From: Dickeya dadantii NCPPB 898
GTDB taxonomy: Bacteria > Pseudomonadota > Gammaproteobacteria > Enterobacterales > Enterobacteriaceae
NCBI RefSeq assembly: GCF_000406145.1
Contig: NZ_CM001976.1
Coordinates: 957,260 to 989,259 of the forward strand
Length of the DNA: 32,000 nucleotides
Direction of reading: 5' to 3'
How positions within the stretch are numbered: position 1 is the stretch's first letter; every line of letters begins with the position of its first letter. Positions 1-7,222 of the stretch are shown here, piece by piece. The position numbers were made by a program, and so were the translations under genes. The notes below the pieces were generated by a model, which worked only from the letters and a program-made list of their open reading frames with translations, did not search any database and was not told the DNA's origin.

Positions 1-140
1 GTCTGGCGCTGCCACAGCGCCTGCGGTACGGTCGGACCGCAATCCACCAGCAGTTGGAATCCGCCTTCGCTGACCCGTATCGCGGCGTTGACCCGCTGGC
101 TGTCGTAAGCTTCGCCGCTGCCGAGAATCTCAAGCTCCAT
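1..140 (-). CDS. MBL-fold (RNase Z/PhnP-like) hydrolase, first 46 codons only; the gene runs off the window
   Basis: Absent from the ORF track because it is truncated. The reverse-strand ATG at 138-140 reads MELEILGSGEAYDSQRVNAAIRVSEGGFQLLVDCGPTVPQALWQRQ. The M-x-L-x-x-LG-x-G ... L-x-DCG opening is typical of metallo-beta-lactamase-fold hydrolases. The start overlaps the ATPase 3' end (stop at 130-132), so it is the last gene of the ABC operon. Confidence 0.45.
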   Translation of the reverse strand, partial: MELEILGSGEAYDSQRVNAAIRVSEGGFQLLVDCGPTVPQALWQRQ

Positions 141-1218
141 GCTGGCCCTCCTGCCCGGTGAACAACGAGGGCTGCGGCAAGCGCTGACCGGCGGCGTCGA
201 ACCAGTGGCAGCGTTCCGGCGCGACCTGCAACGCCAATTCCTGGCCGATGTGCGCCGGCTGGCGGCTTTCCACCACCAGCGTCAGGCAAGGTTCGTGGAT
301 GAAGTGGCCGTGCAGGTGATAGTGCGCGCCCAGATTTTCCACCAGATCGACCTGAAACGTCGGGATGCCCGCGGCGATGTCAAAGGCGTCCGGGCGAATG
401 CCGAGGGTGACGGCGCGTTCATCCCGTTCCAGGCGTTGCAGCCACGGCGACAAAATTTGATTGGGCGACGGCATTTGGCCGGGCGACAGCGGAAAGAAAT
501 TCATTTCCGGCGTGCCGATAAACCCGGCGACAAAGGTATTGGCGGGATGGTGGTACAGTTCTTCCGGCGTACCCTGCTGGGCGATGCGGCCCTCGTGCAG
601 CACCACGATGCGGTCGGCCAGCGTCATCGCCTCCACCTGATCGTGGGTGACGTAAATCATGGTGGCGGCTAACTGTTGATGCAGCGCTTTTAACTGCACG
701 CGGGTATGGGTGCGAAGTTTGGCGTCCAGATTGGACAGCGGTTCGTCAAACAGAAACAGGCGCGGCTTGCGCACGATGGCGCGGCCAATCGCCACCCGCT
801 GACGCTGGCCGCCGGAGAGCGCGCCGGGCTTACGGTGCAGCAACGGCGTCAGTTGTAGCATTTCCGCCACCTGCGCCACTTTCTCTTCAATCGCCTGACG
901 CCGTTCGCCCGCCATCTTCAGCGCGAAACCCATGTTTTCCGCCACGGTCATGTGCGGATAAAGCGCGTAGGACTGAAACACCATCGCCATTTCCCGCTGG
1001 CCCGGCGGCTGGCGCGAAATATCCTCGTCGCCCAGCATGATTTGCCCGCTGTCCTGTTCCTCCAACCCGGCGATGGTGCGCAGCAGGGTTGATTTCCCGC
1101 AGCCGGACGGGCCGACGAACACCACCAGTTCTCCCTGTCGGATATGCAGGTCGATGCCGTGCAGCACCGGCTGACGACCGTAACGCTTGGCGACCTGATG
1201 TAACCGTAATTCACTCAT
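130..1218 (-). CDS. ABC transporter ATP-binding protein, MalK/UgpC type (CUT1 sugar-type importer)
   Basis: 362-aa ORF with Walker A GPSGCGKST, signature LSGGQRQRVAIGRA, Walker B LFLFDEPLSNLD and H-loop YVTHDQ. It has the long C-terminal regulatory domain seen in MalK/UgpC. Confidence 0.93.
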   Translation of the reverse strand: MSELRLHQVAKRYGRQPVLHGIDLHIRQGELVVFVGPSGCGKSTLLRTIAGLEEQDSGQIMLGDEDISRQPPGQREMAMVFQSYALYPHMTVAENMGFALKMAGERRQAIEEKVAQVAEMLQLTPLLHRKPGALSGGQRQRVAIGRAIVRKPRLFLFDEPLSNLDAKLRTHTRVQLKALHQQLAATMIYVTHDQVEAMTLADRIVVLHEGRIAQQGTPEELYHHPANTFVAGFIGTPEMNFFPLSPGQMPSPNQILSPWLQRLERDERAVTLGIRPDAFDIAAGIPTFQVDLVENLGAHYHLHGHFIHEPCLTLVVESRQPAHIGQELALQVAPERCHWFDAAGQRLPQPSLFTGQEGQHGA

Positions 1219-1227
1219 CCGCGAGTC

Positions 1228-2055
1228 CTATTTCTGGCTGACGGCGAAGCCGCGCAGCAAATAACGTTGAACAAAGCCCGCCACCAGCAGCACCGGCAGC
1301 GAAGACAGCAGCCCGATGCCCATCAGTTCTCCCCAGTAGATCTGGTTTTCGGTCATGAAGTTGGCGATAAACAGCGGCAGCGTGAACTGCTGCGGGGTTT
1401 GCAGGTACAGCAGGGCGAACAGAAATTCGTTCCACGCCATGATCAGAGTGAAGATCGCCGTGGCGACCAGACCGGGGGCGCACACCGGCAGCACGATGTA
1501 GCGCAGCCGTCGCCACAGCCCGGCGCCGTCCATCGCCGCCGCCTCTTCCAGCGACAGCGGCACGTCGCGGATAAAACTGAGCAGCATCCAGATGCAAAAC
1601 GGCAGGGTATAGACCTGATAAGCCAGCATCAGCCCGGTCAGGCTGTTGAGCAGGTGCAGCGATTTGAGCAGCGAATAGAGCGGGATCGCCACTACCATCG
1701 GCGGCATCATCTTGATCAGCAGCACCAGCAGCAGGAACAGACTGTCGAGCCGCGCCGGAAAGCGGTGGCGCGCCAGCGTGTAGGCGGCCAGAAACCCGGT
1801 CAGCAGCGATAACGCCGTAGCGCCGGCGGCCACCCACAACGTATTAAACAGCCGTGCGCCGACGCCGTTATTCAGCAGGCTTTTCAGGTGAGTGAGCGTC
1901 CACTGTTGCGGCCAGAACGGGCTGGCAAGGCTGGAGAATTCGGCGGTGGACTTAAACGCCGCCGCCACCATCCACAGGATCGGCAGGGTGAAAAACAGCA
2001 GCGCGACGGCCAGCGCCAGCGCACGCAGCGCCGTCAGCCAGTAGGGGAGTCTCAT
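1228..2055 (-). CDS. ABC transporter permease (MalG/UgpE-like)
   Basis: 275-aa multi-TM ORF with the EAA loop SLEEAAAMDGAGLWRRLRYIVLP. Its start overlaps the upstream permease stop by 4 nt (2052-2055). Confidence 0.92.
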   Translation of the reverse strand: MRLPYWLTALRALALAVALLFFTLPILWMVAAAFKSTAEFSSLASPFWPQQWTLTHLKSLLNNGVGARLFNTLWVAAGATALSLLTGFLAAYTLARHRFPARLDSLFLLLVLLIKMMPPMVVAIPLYSLLKSLHLLNSLTGLMLAYQVYTLPFCIWMLLSFIRDVPLSLEEAAAMDGAGLWRRLRYIVLPVCAPGLVATAIFTLIMAWNEFLFALLYLQTPQQFTLPLFIANFMTENQIYWGELMGIGLLSSLPVLLVAGFVQRYLLRGFAVSQK

Positions 2056-2924
2056 GCGGTTTTCCCTCCGCGCAGCAACTGCCAGGCGTAGATCAGGCTC
2101 ATGGCGGCGGCGAACAGCAGCATGATCACCGCGCCGGCGCTGGCAAGCCCCAGATTGAAGAACTTGAAGCCCTGCTGATAGATATACAGCGACAGGGTTT
2201 CGGTGGCGTAGCCGGGGCCGCCGCCGGTCAGGGCGTAGACTTTATCGAACAGCTTGAAGGTGTCGATGGAGCGCAGCAGCAGCGCCAGCATGAGAGGCTG
2301 GCGGATCAGCGGCAGCGTGACGTACCACAGCCGTTTCCAGCCGTTGGCGCCGTCGCTCTGCGCGGCTTCCAGCACGTCTTTGGGAATCGCCTGCAACCCG
2401 GCGAGGATTACCAGGCAGGCCATCGGCGTCCACTGCCAGATGTCCACCAGCATCAGCGACCATAAAGCCAGATGCGGGCTGGACAGCCACGGCTGCGGCA
2501 TCAGCCCCAGCACGGTCAGGCAATTGTTGAGCAGACCAAAATCGTAATGAAACCAGACGCGCCAGATAGCCGAGCACACCAGCGTGGAGATCATCATCGG
2601 GTAGATGAGCAGGCTCAGCACCCACTGGCGGCCGGGAAAATGGCGATACAGCAACAACGCCAGCGCCAGTCCCAGCAGCACCTGCAACAGCGAACTGCCG
2701 AACGAGAACAGCAGGGTGTTTTTCAGGCTGGTGGTGAAGAACCAGTCGGCGAACAGCTGGCGGTAGTTTTCCAGCCCGACCCAACTGCGGCTGGCGGCGG
2801 CGTAATCCACCTTGCTGAAGGAGTAGAGCAGCATCTGGCCGATGGGATAGAGCGTCAGCAGCAGCAGCAGCGTGGCGGCGGGCATCAGCAGCAGCCAGCG
2901 TTGCCAGCGTGAATCAAAATGCAT
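2052..2924 (-). CDS. ABC transporter permease (MalF/UgpA-like)
   Basis: The ORF track gives 2052..2966 from a TTG start. I prefer the ATG at 2924 (MHFDSRWQRWLLL...) because AAGGA lies 6 nt upstream of it and the TTG start would place a GC hairpin (2941-2960) inside the coding sequence. EAA loop: LEAAQSDGANGWKRLWYVTLPLI. Confidence 0.9.
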   Translation of the reverse strand: MHFDSRWQRWLLLMPAATLLLLLTLYPIGQMLLYSFSKVDYAAASRSWVGLENYRQLFADWFFTTSLKNTLLFSFGSSLLQVLLGLALALLLYRHFPGRQWVLSLLIYPMMISTLVCSAIWRVWFHYDFGLLNNCLTVLGLMPQPWLSSPHLALWSLMLVDIWQWTPMACLVILAGLQAIPKDVLEAAQSDGANGWKRLWYVTLPLIRQPLMLALLLRSIDTFKLFDKVYALTGGGPGYATETLSLYIYQQGFKFFNLGLASAGAVIMLLFAAAMSLIYAWQLLRGGKTA

Positions 2925-2940
2925 GGGATGTCCTTGCATG

Positions 2941-2960
2941 GGCGGGCTGTGTAGCCCGCC
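2941..2960 (-). promoter_or_regulatory. Intercistronic GC stem-loop between the binding-protein and permease genes
   Basis: GGCGGGCT-GTGT-AGCCCGCC is a perfect 8-bp stem. It lies between the binding-protein stop (2985) and the permease ATG (2924). This position is typical of the mRNA-stabilising or partial-terminator hairpins that raise binding-protein expression in ABC operons. Confidence 0.45.
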
Positions 2961-2984
2961 TGACAACGGTGATTGCAGTGCCCG

Positions 2985-4295
2985 TTACTTCAGTACCTGC
3001 GCGATCTTCTGATTGGCCTGCTGCAACGCGACCTGCGCCGGCATCTGATCCATCAGCGCCAGTTGCAGGTAGTCGCCGAGAATACTTTCCACTTCCTGCC
3101 AGTTGCGGATGCGCGGACGCGCTTTGCCCGCTTCCAGCGCGGCCAGCTGTGCCGGATACCAACGGTACTTCTGCACCACCTGCGCATCCTGATAGACGCT
3201 GCGGCGAGTCGGCGGCAGCCCCAGTTCCAGCGCCAGTGCTTTCTGGTTTTCCGCGCTGGTGAGGTAGCTCAGGAATTGTTGCGCCAGTTCGTTGTGCTGG
3301 CTGTTTTTGGCGATCGCCATCTGCCAGATGCCGAGCATCGGCGACGGACCGGCGCTCTGCCCCGGCGCGGGTTGCAGCGTCATTTTTCCGACCACTTTGG
3401 ATTTAGTTGCGTCGTCCAGCGTCGAGGCCCAGGCCGGCCATACTTCGATCGCCATCGCCGCTTTGCCCTGTTCCATCGCCTGACGTACGTCGGCGGCGTT
3501 GTACACCTCAACCCCGGTGGGGGCGAATGCCTTCAGCGCCTTCAGGGTATTGAGCGCCTGTAGCGCCTGCGGGGAGTCCAGCGACGCTTTGCCGTTAGTT
3601 ATCACGTTGCCGCCGTAGGCCCACAGCATCGGCATAAAGCCGGAAACGATCGGGTTGCCTTTCATGCCGCGGAACACCACGCCGGAAACGCCCGGTTCCT
3701 GCTGTTGCAGGGTTTTGGCGTCGCTCAGCACCGCGTCCCAGTTAGCGGGCGCTTTGAGCTGGTGTTTATCGAACAGATCCTGACGATAGGCGAACATCGC
3801 CACGTTGCCGACCACCGGCAGGCTATACGCCGGGCCGCTGTTTTCCGGCACGCGTGAGACGTTCAGCACCGCTGGAATGAAGTCGCTGCTTTGCAGGCTT
3901 TCCGGCAGCGGTTGTAGCCAGCCGTTACCGGCGAATTCCGGGCTCCAGCTGTCGTCCATCAACATCAAGTCGTAGGCCGAGGCGTTTTCCCGCAGGGAAA
4001 TCACCAGTTTTTCATACAGGTTGGCGTAGGGCAGTTTCAGCAGTTCGATTTGTTTGCCGGGGTATTGTTGCTGAAAGCGGGCCAACGTGCTGTCGAGCGC
4101 CTTGCCGTAAACGTCATCGCGCCCGGCGATGACCAGGTCGGCGGCTTGCGCCGTCATGCCGCACGCCAGACCGATGGCGAGCAGCAGGCGGGAAAGGGTT
4201 TTTGTGCTGTGCGGTTTTGTTGTCAGCGTGGTGTTGCCAGGCTTGTTTTTACCAAACATCTTGTTTTTAACAAACATGTCGTTGTTGCCAAACAT
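2985..4295 (-). CDS. ABC transporter periplasmic substrate-binding protein (family 1, CUT1)
   Basis: 436-aa ORF with signal peptide ...SRLLLAIGLACGMTAQA/ADL and a typical family-1 binding-protein body. It is the first gene of the operon. The true start among three tandem ATGs (4295, 4277, 4259) is unresolved. Confidence 0.88.
   Translation of the reverse strand: MFGNNDMFVKNKMFGKNKPGNTTLTTKPHSTKTLSRLLLAIGLACGMTAQAADLVIAGRDDVYGKALDSTLARFQQQYPGKQIELLKLPYANLYEKLVISLRENASAYDLMLMDDSWSPEFAGNGWLQPLPESLQSSDFIPAVLNVSRVPENSGPAYSLPVVGNVAMFAYRQDLFDKHQLKAPANWDAVLSDAKTLQQQEPGVSGVVFRGMKGNPIVSGFMPMLWAYGGNVITNGKASLDSPQALQALNTLKALKAFAPTGVEVYNAADVRQAMEQGKAAMAIEVWPAWASTLDDATKSKVVGKMTLQPAPGQSAGPSPMLGIWQMAIAKNSQHNELAQQFLSYLTSAENQKALALELGLPPTRRSVYQDAQVVQKYRWYPAQLAALEAGKARPRIRNWQEVESILGDYLQLALMDQMPAQVALQQANQKIAQVLK
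4242..4295 (-). repeat. 3 x 18-bp in-frame tandem repeat at the 5' end of the binding-protein gene
   Basis: Coding-strand units are ATGTTTGGCAACAACGAC, ATGTTTGTTAAAAACAAG and ATGTTTGGTAAAAACAAG. They encode MFGNND-MFVKNK-MFGKNK. Units 2 and 3 differ at 1 of 18 positions. Confidence 0.9.
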
Positions 4296-4406
4296 AGTGA
4301 GCGCCTTTTGTCAGGAGTGCATACGTTTGCACAGGCGCTATCTTTGGCGACAAGGATGACAGAAACATGAATGCGGGATGAACAATCCGAGATGCTGGGG
4401 TGAGGA

Positions 4407-4427
4407 GGAAGCCGGATTCCGGCTTCC
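4407..4427 (-). terminator. Stem-loop just downstream of mdtG; candidate terminator lacking a clear U tract
   Basis: GGAAGCCGG-ATT-CCGGCTTCC is a perfect 9-bp stem lying 10 nt past the mdtG stop. No T run follows on either strand. Confidence 0.4.
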
Positions 4428-4436
4428 CTAAAGCGG

Positions 4437-5630
4437 TCAGCCTTTTTTCGGCATGCGGGCGAAGCTCACCATCAACTGTACGCCGTTAATCAGCACCAGC
4501 AGCGCGGTGACCAGAAACACCCAGCGGTAGCCCAACGTGGCGGAAACGGTAGAGCCGAGCAGCGGCCCGACCACGTTGCCGAGATACATGCAGGATTGGT
4601 TATACCCGAAAATGCGGCCGGTCACCTGCTGGCTGCTGTATTTCACCAGCAGCGCCTGCACCGCCGGCATCAGCGCGCCGTCGGCGAAACCCAGCGCGAA
4701 GCGCAAAATCCCGAGCTGAACCGAGCTTTGCACCGCCGACATCAGGAAGAACAGCAGCGCGCACAGGAACAGCGCCACGATCAGCACCCGCTGGGAACCG
4801 ATGCGATCCCCCAACCGGCCGAGGCGCGGCGCGGACAACAGCGCCGACACTCCCGGCACGGCGGCGATAACGCCGCTGATAAACGCGATATTATCAATGT
4901 TGGGGGAGAGGTCGCGGATAAACAACGTCAGGATCGGGCTGATGGAGCCGTTCGCCATCTGAATCATCATGGTGGTGAAGCACAGGCTGACAATCAGCAG
5001 CGGATAAGGCAGCGAGGCGAACACCGCCCGGCCGCTGAGCTGCGCTTTTTTGCTGACGGTAACGGCATTTTCACGGATGGCGAACAGCGTGATGAGAAAG
5101 CAGATAAACAACATGGCGGAGGTGACGAAAAACACCATGCGCAGACCGATGGTATCGGCCATGAAGCCGCCGAGCAGCGGACCGATCAACACCCCCGCCA
5201 CCTGCCCGGTGGACAACGTGCCGAGCGCCCAACCGCTGCGGCTACGCGGCACCTGCGAGGCAATCAGCGCCATGGCGTTGGGAATGTAGCCGGAGGTCAG
5301 CCCCATTAGCGCGCGCAGGATAAACAGCTGCCAGACGTTGGTGGCCATGCCTTGTAGCGCCATGACGATAGACATACCGAGCGCGGCGCGCAGCAACATC
5401 AGCTTGCGGCCCTTGCGGTCGGCCAGGCTGCCCCACAGCGGCGCGACAATCGCCGAAATCAGAAACGAGGAACTGAACACCAGCCCAGACCACAGATTGA
5501 GCGCGGTGTGATCGCTAACGCCCAGATGTTCGATGTAGAGCGGCAGGAACGGCAGTATCTGGCTCATGGCCATGCCGGTGAAAAAACATCCCAGCCAGGC
5601 GGAGAAAAGGTTGAGTTTCCAGGTTTCCAT
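4437..5630 (-). CDS. mdtG: MFS multidrug efflux transporter MdtG (YceE)
   Basis: 397-aa 12-TM ORF that aligns along its whole length with my remembered E. coli MdtG. Matching stretches include [54 protein letters not shown] and SAPRLG.LGDRIG. Confidence 0.85.
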   Translation of the reverse strand: METWKLNLFSAWLGCFFTGMAMSQILPFLPLYIEHLGVSDHTALNLWSGLVFSSSFLISAIVAPLWGSLADRKGRKLMLLRAALGMSIVMALQGMATNVWQLFILRALMGLTSGYIPNAMALIASQVPRSRSGWALGTLSTGQVAGVLIGPLLGGFMADTIGLRMVFFVTSAMLFICFLITLFAIRENAVTVSKKAQLSGRAVFASLPYPLLIVSLCFTTMMIQMANGSISPILTLFIRDLSPNIDNIAFISGVIAAVPGVSALLSAPRLGRLGDRIGSQRVLIVALFLCALLFFLMSAVQSSVQLGILRFALGFADGALMPAVQALLVKYSSQQVTGRIFGYNQSCMYLGNVVGPLLGSTVSATLGYRWVFLVTALLVLINGVQLMVSFARMPKKG

Positions 5631-5858
5631 AGGGCAGGTTTTTACGTCGTCAGTGAAAGGCCGGGTCGCTCCCGCGCCAGTGCCACGCTGAATTACGCGA
5701 CACCGCTAGTATGGCCGCTTTTGTCTTAGCCGGGAAATAATTTTATATATCAAAGAATAATCCAACCCCGGTGATTGATGGGTTTTTGGTTGCAAAGCGG
5801 TCGTCGAACACACTGTGGTGCCCAGATAAACAAGAAAACCAAAACGTGATTCTGAATT

Positions 5859-5880
5859 TTTTGTGATTTGAATCACAAAA
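5859..5880. promoter_or_regulatory. CRP-binding site, near-perfect 22-bp palindrome
   Basis: TTTTGTGATTTGAATCACAAAA. The core TGTGA-N6-TCACA (5862-5877) matches the CRP consensus exactly, and 10 of 11 palindrome pairs are complementary. It lies 3 bp upstream of the candidate -35 element of the azuC-like gene. Confidence 0.7.
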
Positions 5881-5883
5881 GTG

Positions 5884-5912
5884 TTGCGTCAGGATTCAAC
5901 AAAACGTACAAT
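5884..5912 (+). promoter_or_regulatory. Candidate sigma70 promoter of the azuC-like transcript
   Basis: TTGCGT (5884-5889), a 17-bp spacer, then TACAAT (5907-5912). The predicted transcription start is near 5919, about 40 nt upstream of the small-ORF start codon. Confidence 0.4.
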
Positions 5913-5959
5913 CTTTTACCAGAAAGTTCACAAATCATTCATTAGCCAAGGTGATCGAC

Positions 5960-6037
5960 GTGCGTAAATTCCTGAAAAAACTTCTGGTCGCTTACATCAA
6001 TGCTTACAAAGACATCCCGCCGGGTGCCATGCATTAA
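5960..6037 (+). CDS. azuC: AzuC-like 25-aa amphipathic small protein
   Basis: Below the ORF-track size cut-off. A GTG start follows AAGGTGA with a 5-nt spacer. Translation is (M)RKFLKKLLVAYINAYKDIPPGAMH with a TAA stop at 6035-6037. It resembles my remembered E. coli AzuC, MKLRKILKSMFNNYCKTFKDVPPGNMFR, sharing RK.LK and a KD[VI]PPG.M tail. It is flanked by a CRP site and a terminator. Confidence 0.65.
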   Translation: MRKFLKKLLVAYINAYKDIPPGAMH

Positions 6038-6065
6038 TTGCCCTGAGCAGACCAAAATTAAATAA

Positions 6066-6098
6066 GAAGGCCGCTATGACAGCGGCCTTCTTATTTTT
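6066..6098 (+). terminator. Rho-independent terminator of the azuC-like gene (repeat copy 1)
   Basis: GAAGGCCGCT-ATGAC-AGCGGCCTTC forms a 10-bp stem and is followed by TTATTTTT. Confidence 0.85.
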
Positions 6099-6317
6099 CG
6101 TTAGGTATGAACATACAGGCGGGCTGTAATTTCTTGGGTTATTGCGTCTGTTAGGGCTGGAAGATGGGTTCAACCGCGTAGCAGCAGCGGTGGGCCGGGT
6201 GCTATTGTTTAAATTGGTTAATAAACACACATGGTTTTTGATATTATCAATCTTAACAAAGTACAACAGGCTATGCTTACAATGTCACCAGTCCTCAACG
6301 ATAGCGGGAGTTTTGAT

Positions 6318-6899
6318 ATGGCGATTCTTCCAATGTCATATAGTCCTGCCACTATGGCGCGGGAATACCGGAAAATTGGCGAAACGGGTGTGAACGGTCG
6401 TGCGGTGGATATTTATATTCACAGTGATCGGCACCATGCAGTGGCAATATATGGCGAACCCGATGACGTTGATGGTGATTTACGGCATGTTGTGGTAGCA
6501 AAGATTGACCTGAAATCCCGTAACAGCGACGACGAAACCGAAACTATTTTGGCTGTCATCGGTTATTACGAGAATCTGCAACCGGTGAATACCCATCCTG
6601 CCCAGGTTGAAGGCGTGATTGTCGCCAAGCGTGAACGAAACGCCAATGTCGCCAGCGCCATGTATAAGGCGCTCATTAACGACGGCATTGTGCTGGTTAG
6701 TGATAACCTTCAATTCCCTGGAGGGAAAGCACTATGGGCGCGTATGGCACGTAAAGAGATGGGTATTGATGGTTTGTATTCGACTCAGAACGGCGTGCTT
6801 TCTGGCCGTATGACGGTGAACGGATCCGATACGATGGCCGCAGTATTCCAGAGAGCGACATCTGGAGTCTTGCGCCGAATGAATCGCGAAAAGGGGTAG
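6318..6899 (+). CDS. Hypothetical protein (orphan cassette ORF) with a possible degenerate GNAT-like motif
   Basis: The ORF track gives 6231..6899 (222 aa). I prefer the ATG at 6318 (MAILPMSYSP...) because GGGAG lies 7 nt upstream. I recognise no family. The segment VIVAKRERNANVASAMYKALINDGIVLVSDNLQFPGGKALWARMARK loosely resembles the beta4-alpha3-beta5-alpha4 acetyl-CoA-binding region of GNAT enzymes. The region is AT-richer than its flanks. Confidence 0.6.
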   Translation: MAILPMSYSPATMAREYRKIGETGVNGRAVDIYIHSDRHHAVAIYGEPDDVDGDLRHVVVAKIDLKSRNSDDETETILAVIGYYENLQPVNTHPAQVEGVIVAKRERNANVASAMYKALINDGIVLVSDNLQFPGGKALWARMARKEMGIDGLYSTQNGVLSGRMTVNGSDTMAAVFQRATSGVLRRMNREKG

Positions 6900-7002
6900 T
6901 GCTGGTAGCTGAACGCAAACGAGATGAATCAGCAGTTTGATGCAGCCTCAACCTGCGCAAAAACTTGCAGCGTCTAACTTGTGGTAGAAGTTCATACCTA
7001 TT

Positions 7003-7036
7003 GACAAAGTCCCTGCCGGCGAGTCAGGACTTTGTC
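7003..7036 (+). terminator. Stem-loop downstream of the orphan ORF
   Basis: GACAAAGTCC (7003-7012) pairs with GGACTTTGTC (7027-7036) as a perfect 10-bp stem around a 14-nt loop. Confidence 0.45.
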
Positions 7037-7045
7037 TGTAGTTTT

Positions 7046-7071
7046 AAGGCCGCTATGACAGCGGCCTTTTT
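7046..7071 (+). terminator. Second exact copy of the azuC terminator hairpin (repeat copy 2)
   Basis: AAGGCCGCTATGACAGCGGCCTT at 7046-7068 is identical to 6067-6089 over 23 of 23 bases. A T run follows it. Confidence 0.8.
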
Positions 7072-7142
7072 CATATCTTCGCTTTTTGCTTCGTCGGTTT
7101 TATTTCAACTCACGTGTGTAACGGCTCATCGTCTTGGCGAAT

Positions 7143-7222
7143 CATAGTTTTAACAAAGCATAGTTTTAACAAATCATAGTTTTAAAAAATTATAGTTTAA
7201 AAAAATTATAGTCTTAACGACT
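7143..7222. repeat. 5 x 16-bp tandem repeat (CATAGTTTTAACAAAN)
   Basis: Units start at 7143, 7159, 7175, 7191 and 7207: catagttttaacaaag, catagttttaacaaat, catagttttaaaaaat, tatagtttaaaaaaat, tatagtcttaacgact. They become more degenerate toward the right. The last unit contains the dmlA stop codon (7214-7216). Confidence 0.9.

Larger units (their letters stand above)
5919..6098 (+). ncRNA. Predicted AzuCR-like dual-function small transcript (mRNA for the 25-aa protein, possibly also a base-pairing sRNA)
   Basis: The unit is bounded by the candidate promoter and the intrinsic terminator at 6066-6098, giving roughly 180 nt. The call is by analogy to E. coli AzuCR/IsrB. The 5' end is a prediction only. 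Confidence 0.35.

Noticed and set aside
6100-6979. Integron attC-like core sites: GTTAGGT at 6100-6106 fits GTTRRRY, and GTCTAAC at 6973-6979 fits RYYYAAC.
   Set aside because: These are degenerate 7-mers expected by chance. No complementary R''/R' pairing partners sit in the right positions, and there is no intI or attI nearby.
6102-7000. An 11-bp inverted repeat (taggtatgaac / gttcataccta) just inside the 23-bp direct repeats, considered as possible terminal inverted repeats of a MITE-like element.
   Set aside because: Several 11-bp inverted matches within 1 kb are expected by chance in a 32-kb window. The distances to the direct repeats are asymmetric (12 nt versus 45 nt). I mention it only as a caveat within the cassette finding.
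7143-7222. The tandem 16-bp repeats considered as a possible CRISPR array.
   Set aside because: The repeats are contiguous with no spacers, the unit is too short, and no cas genes are present.
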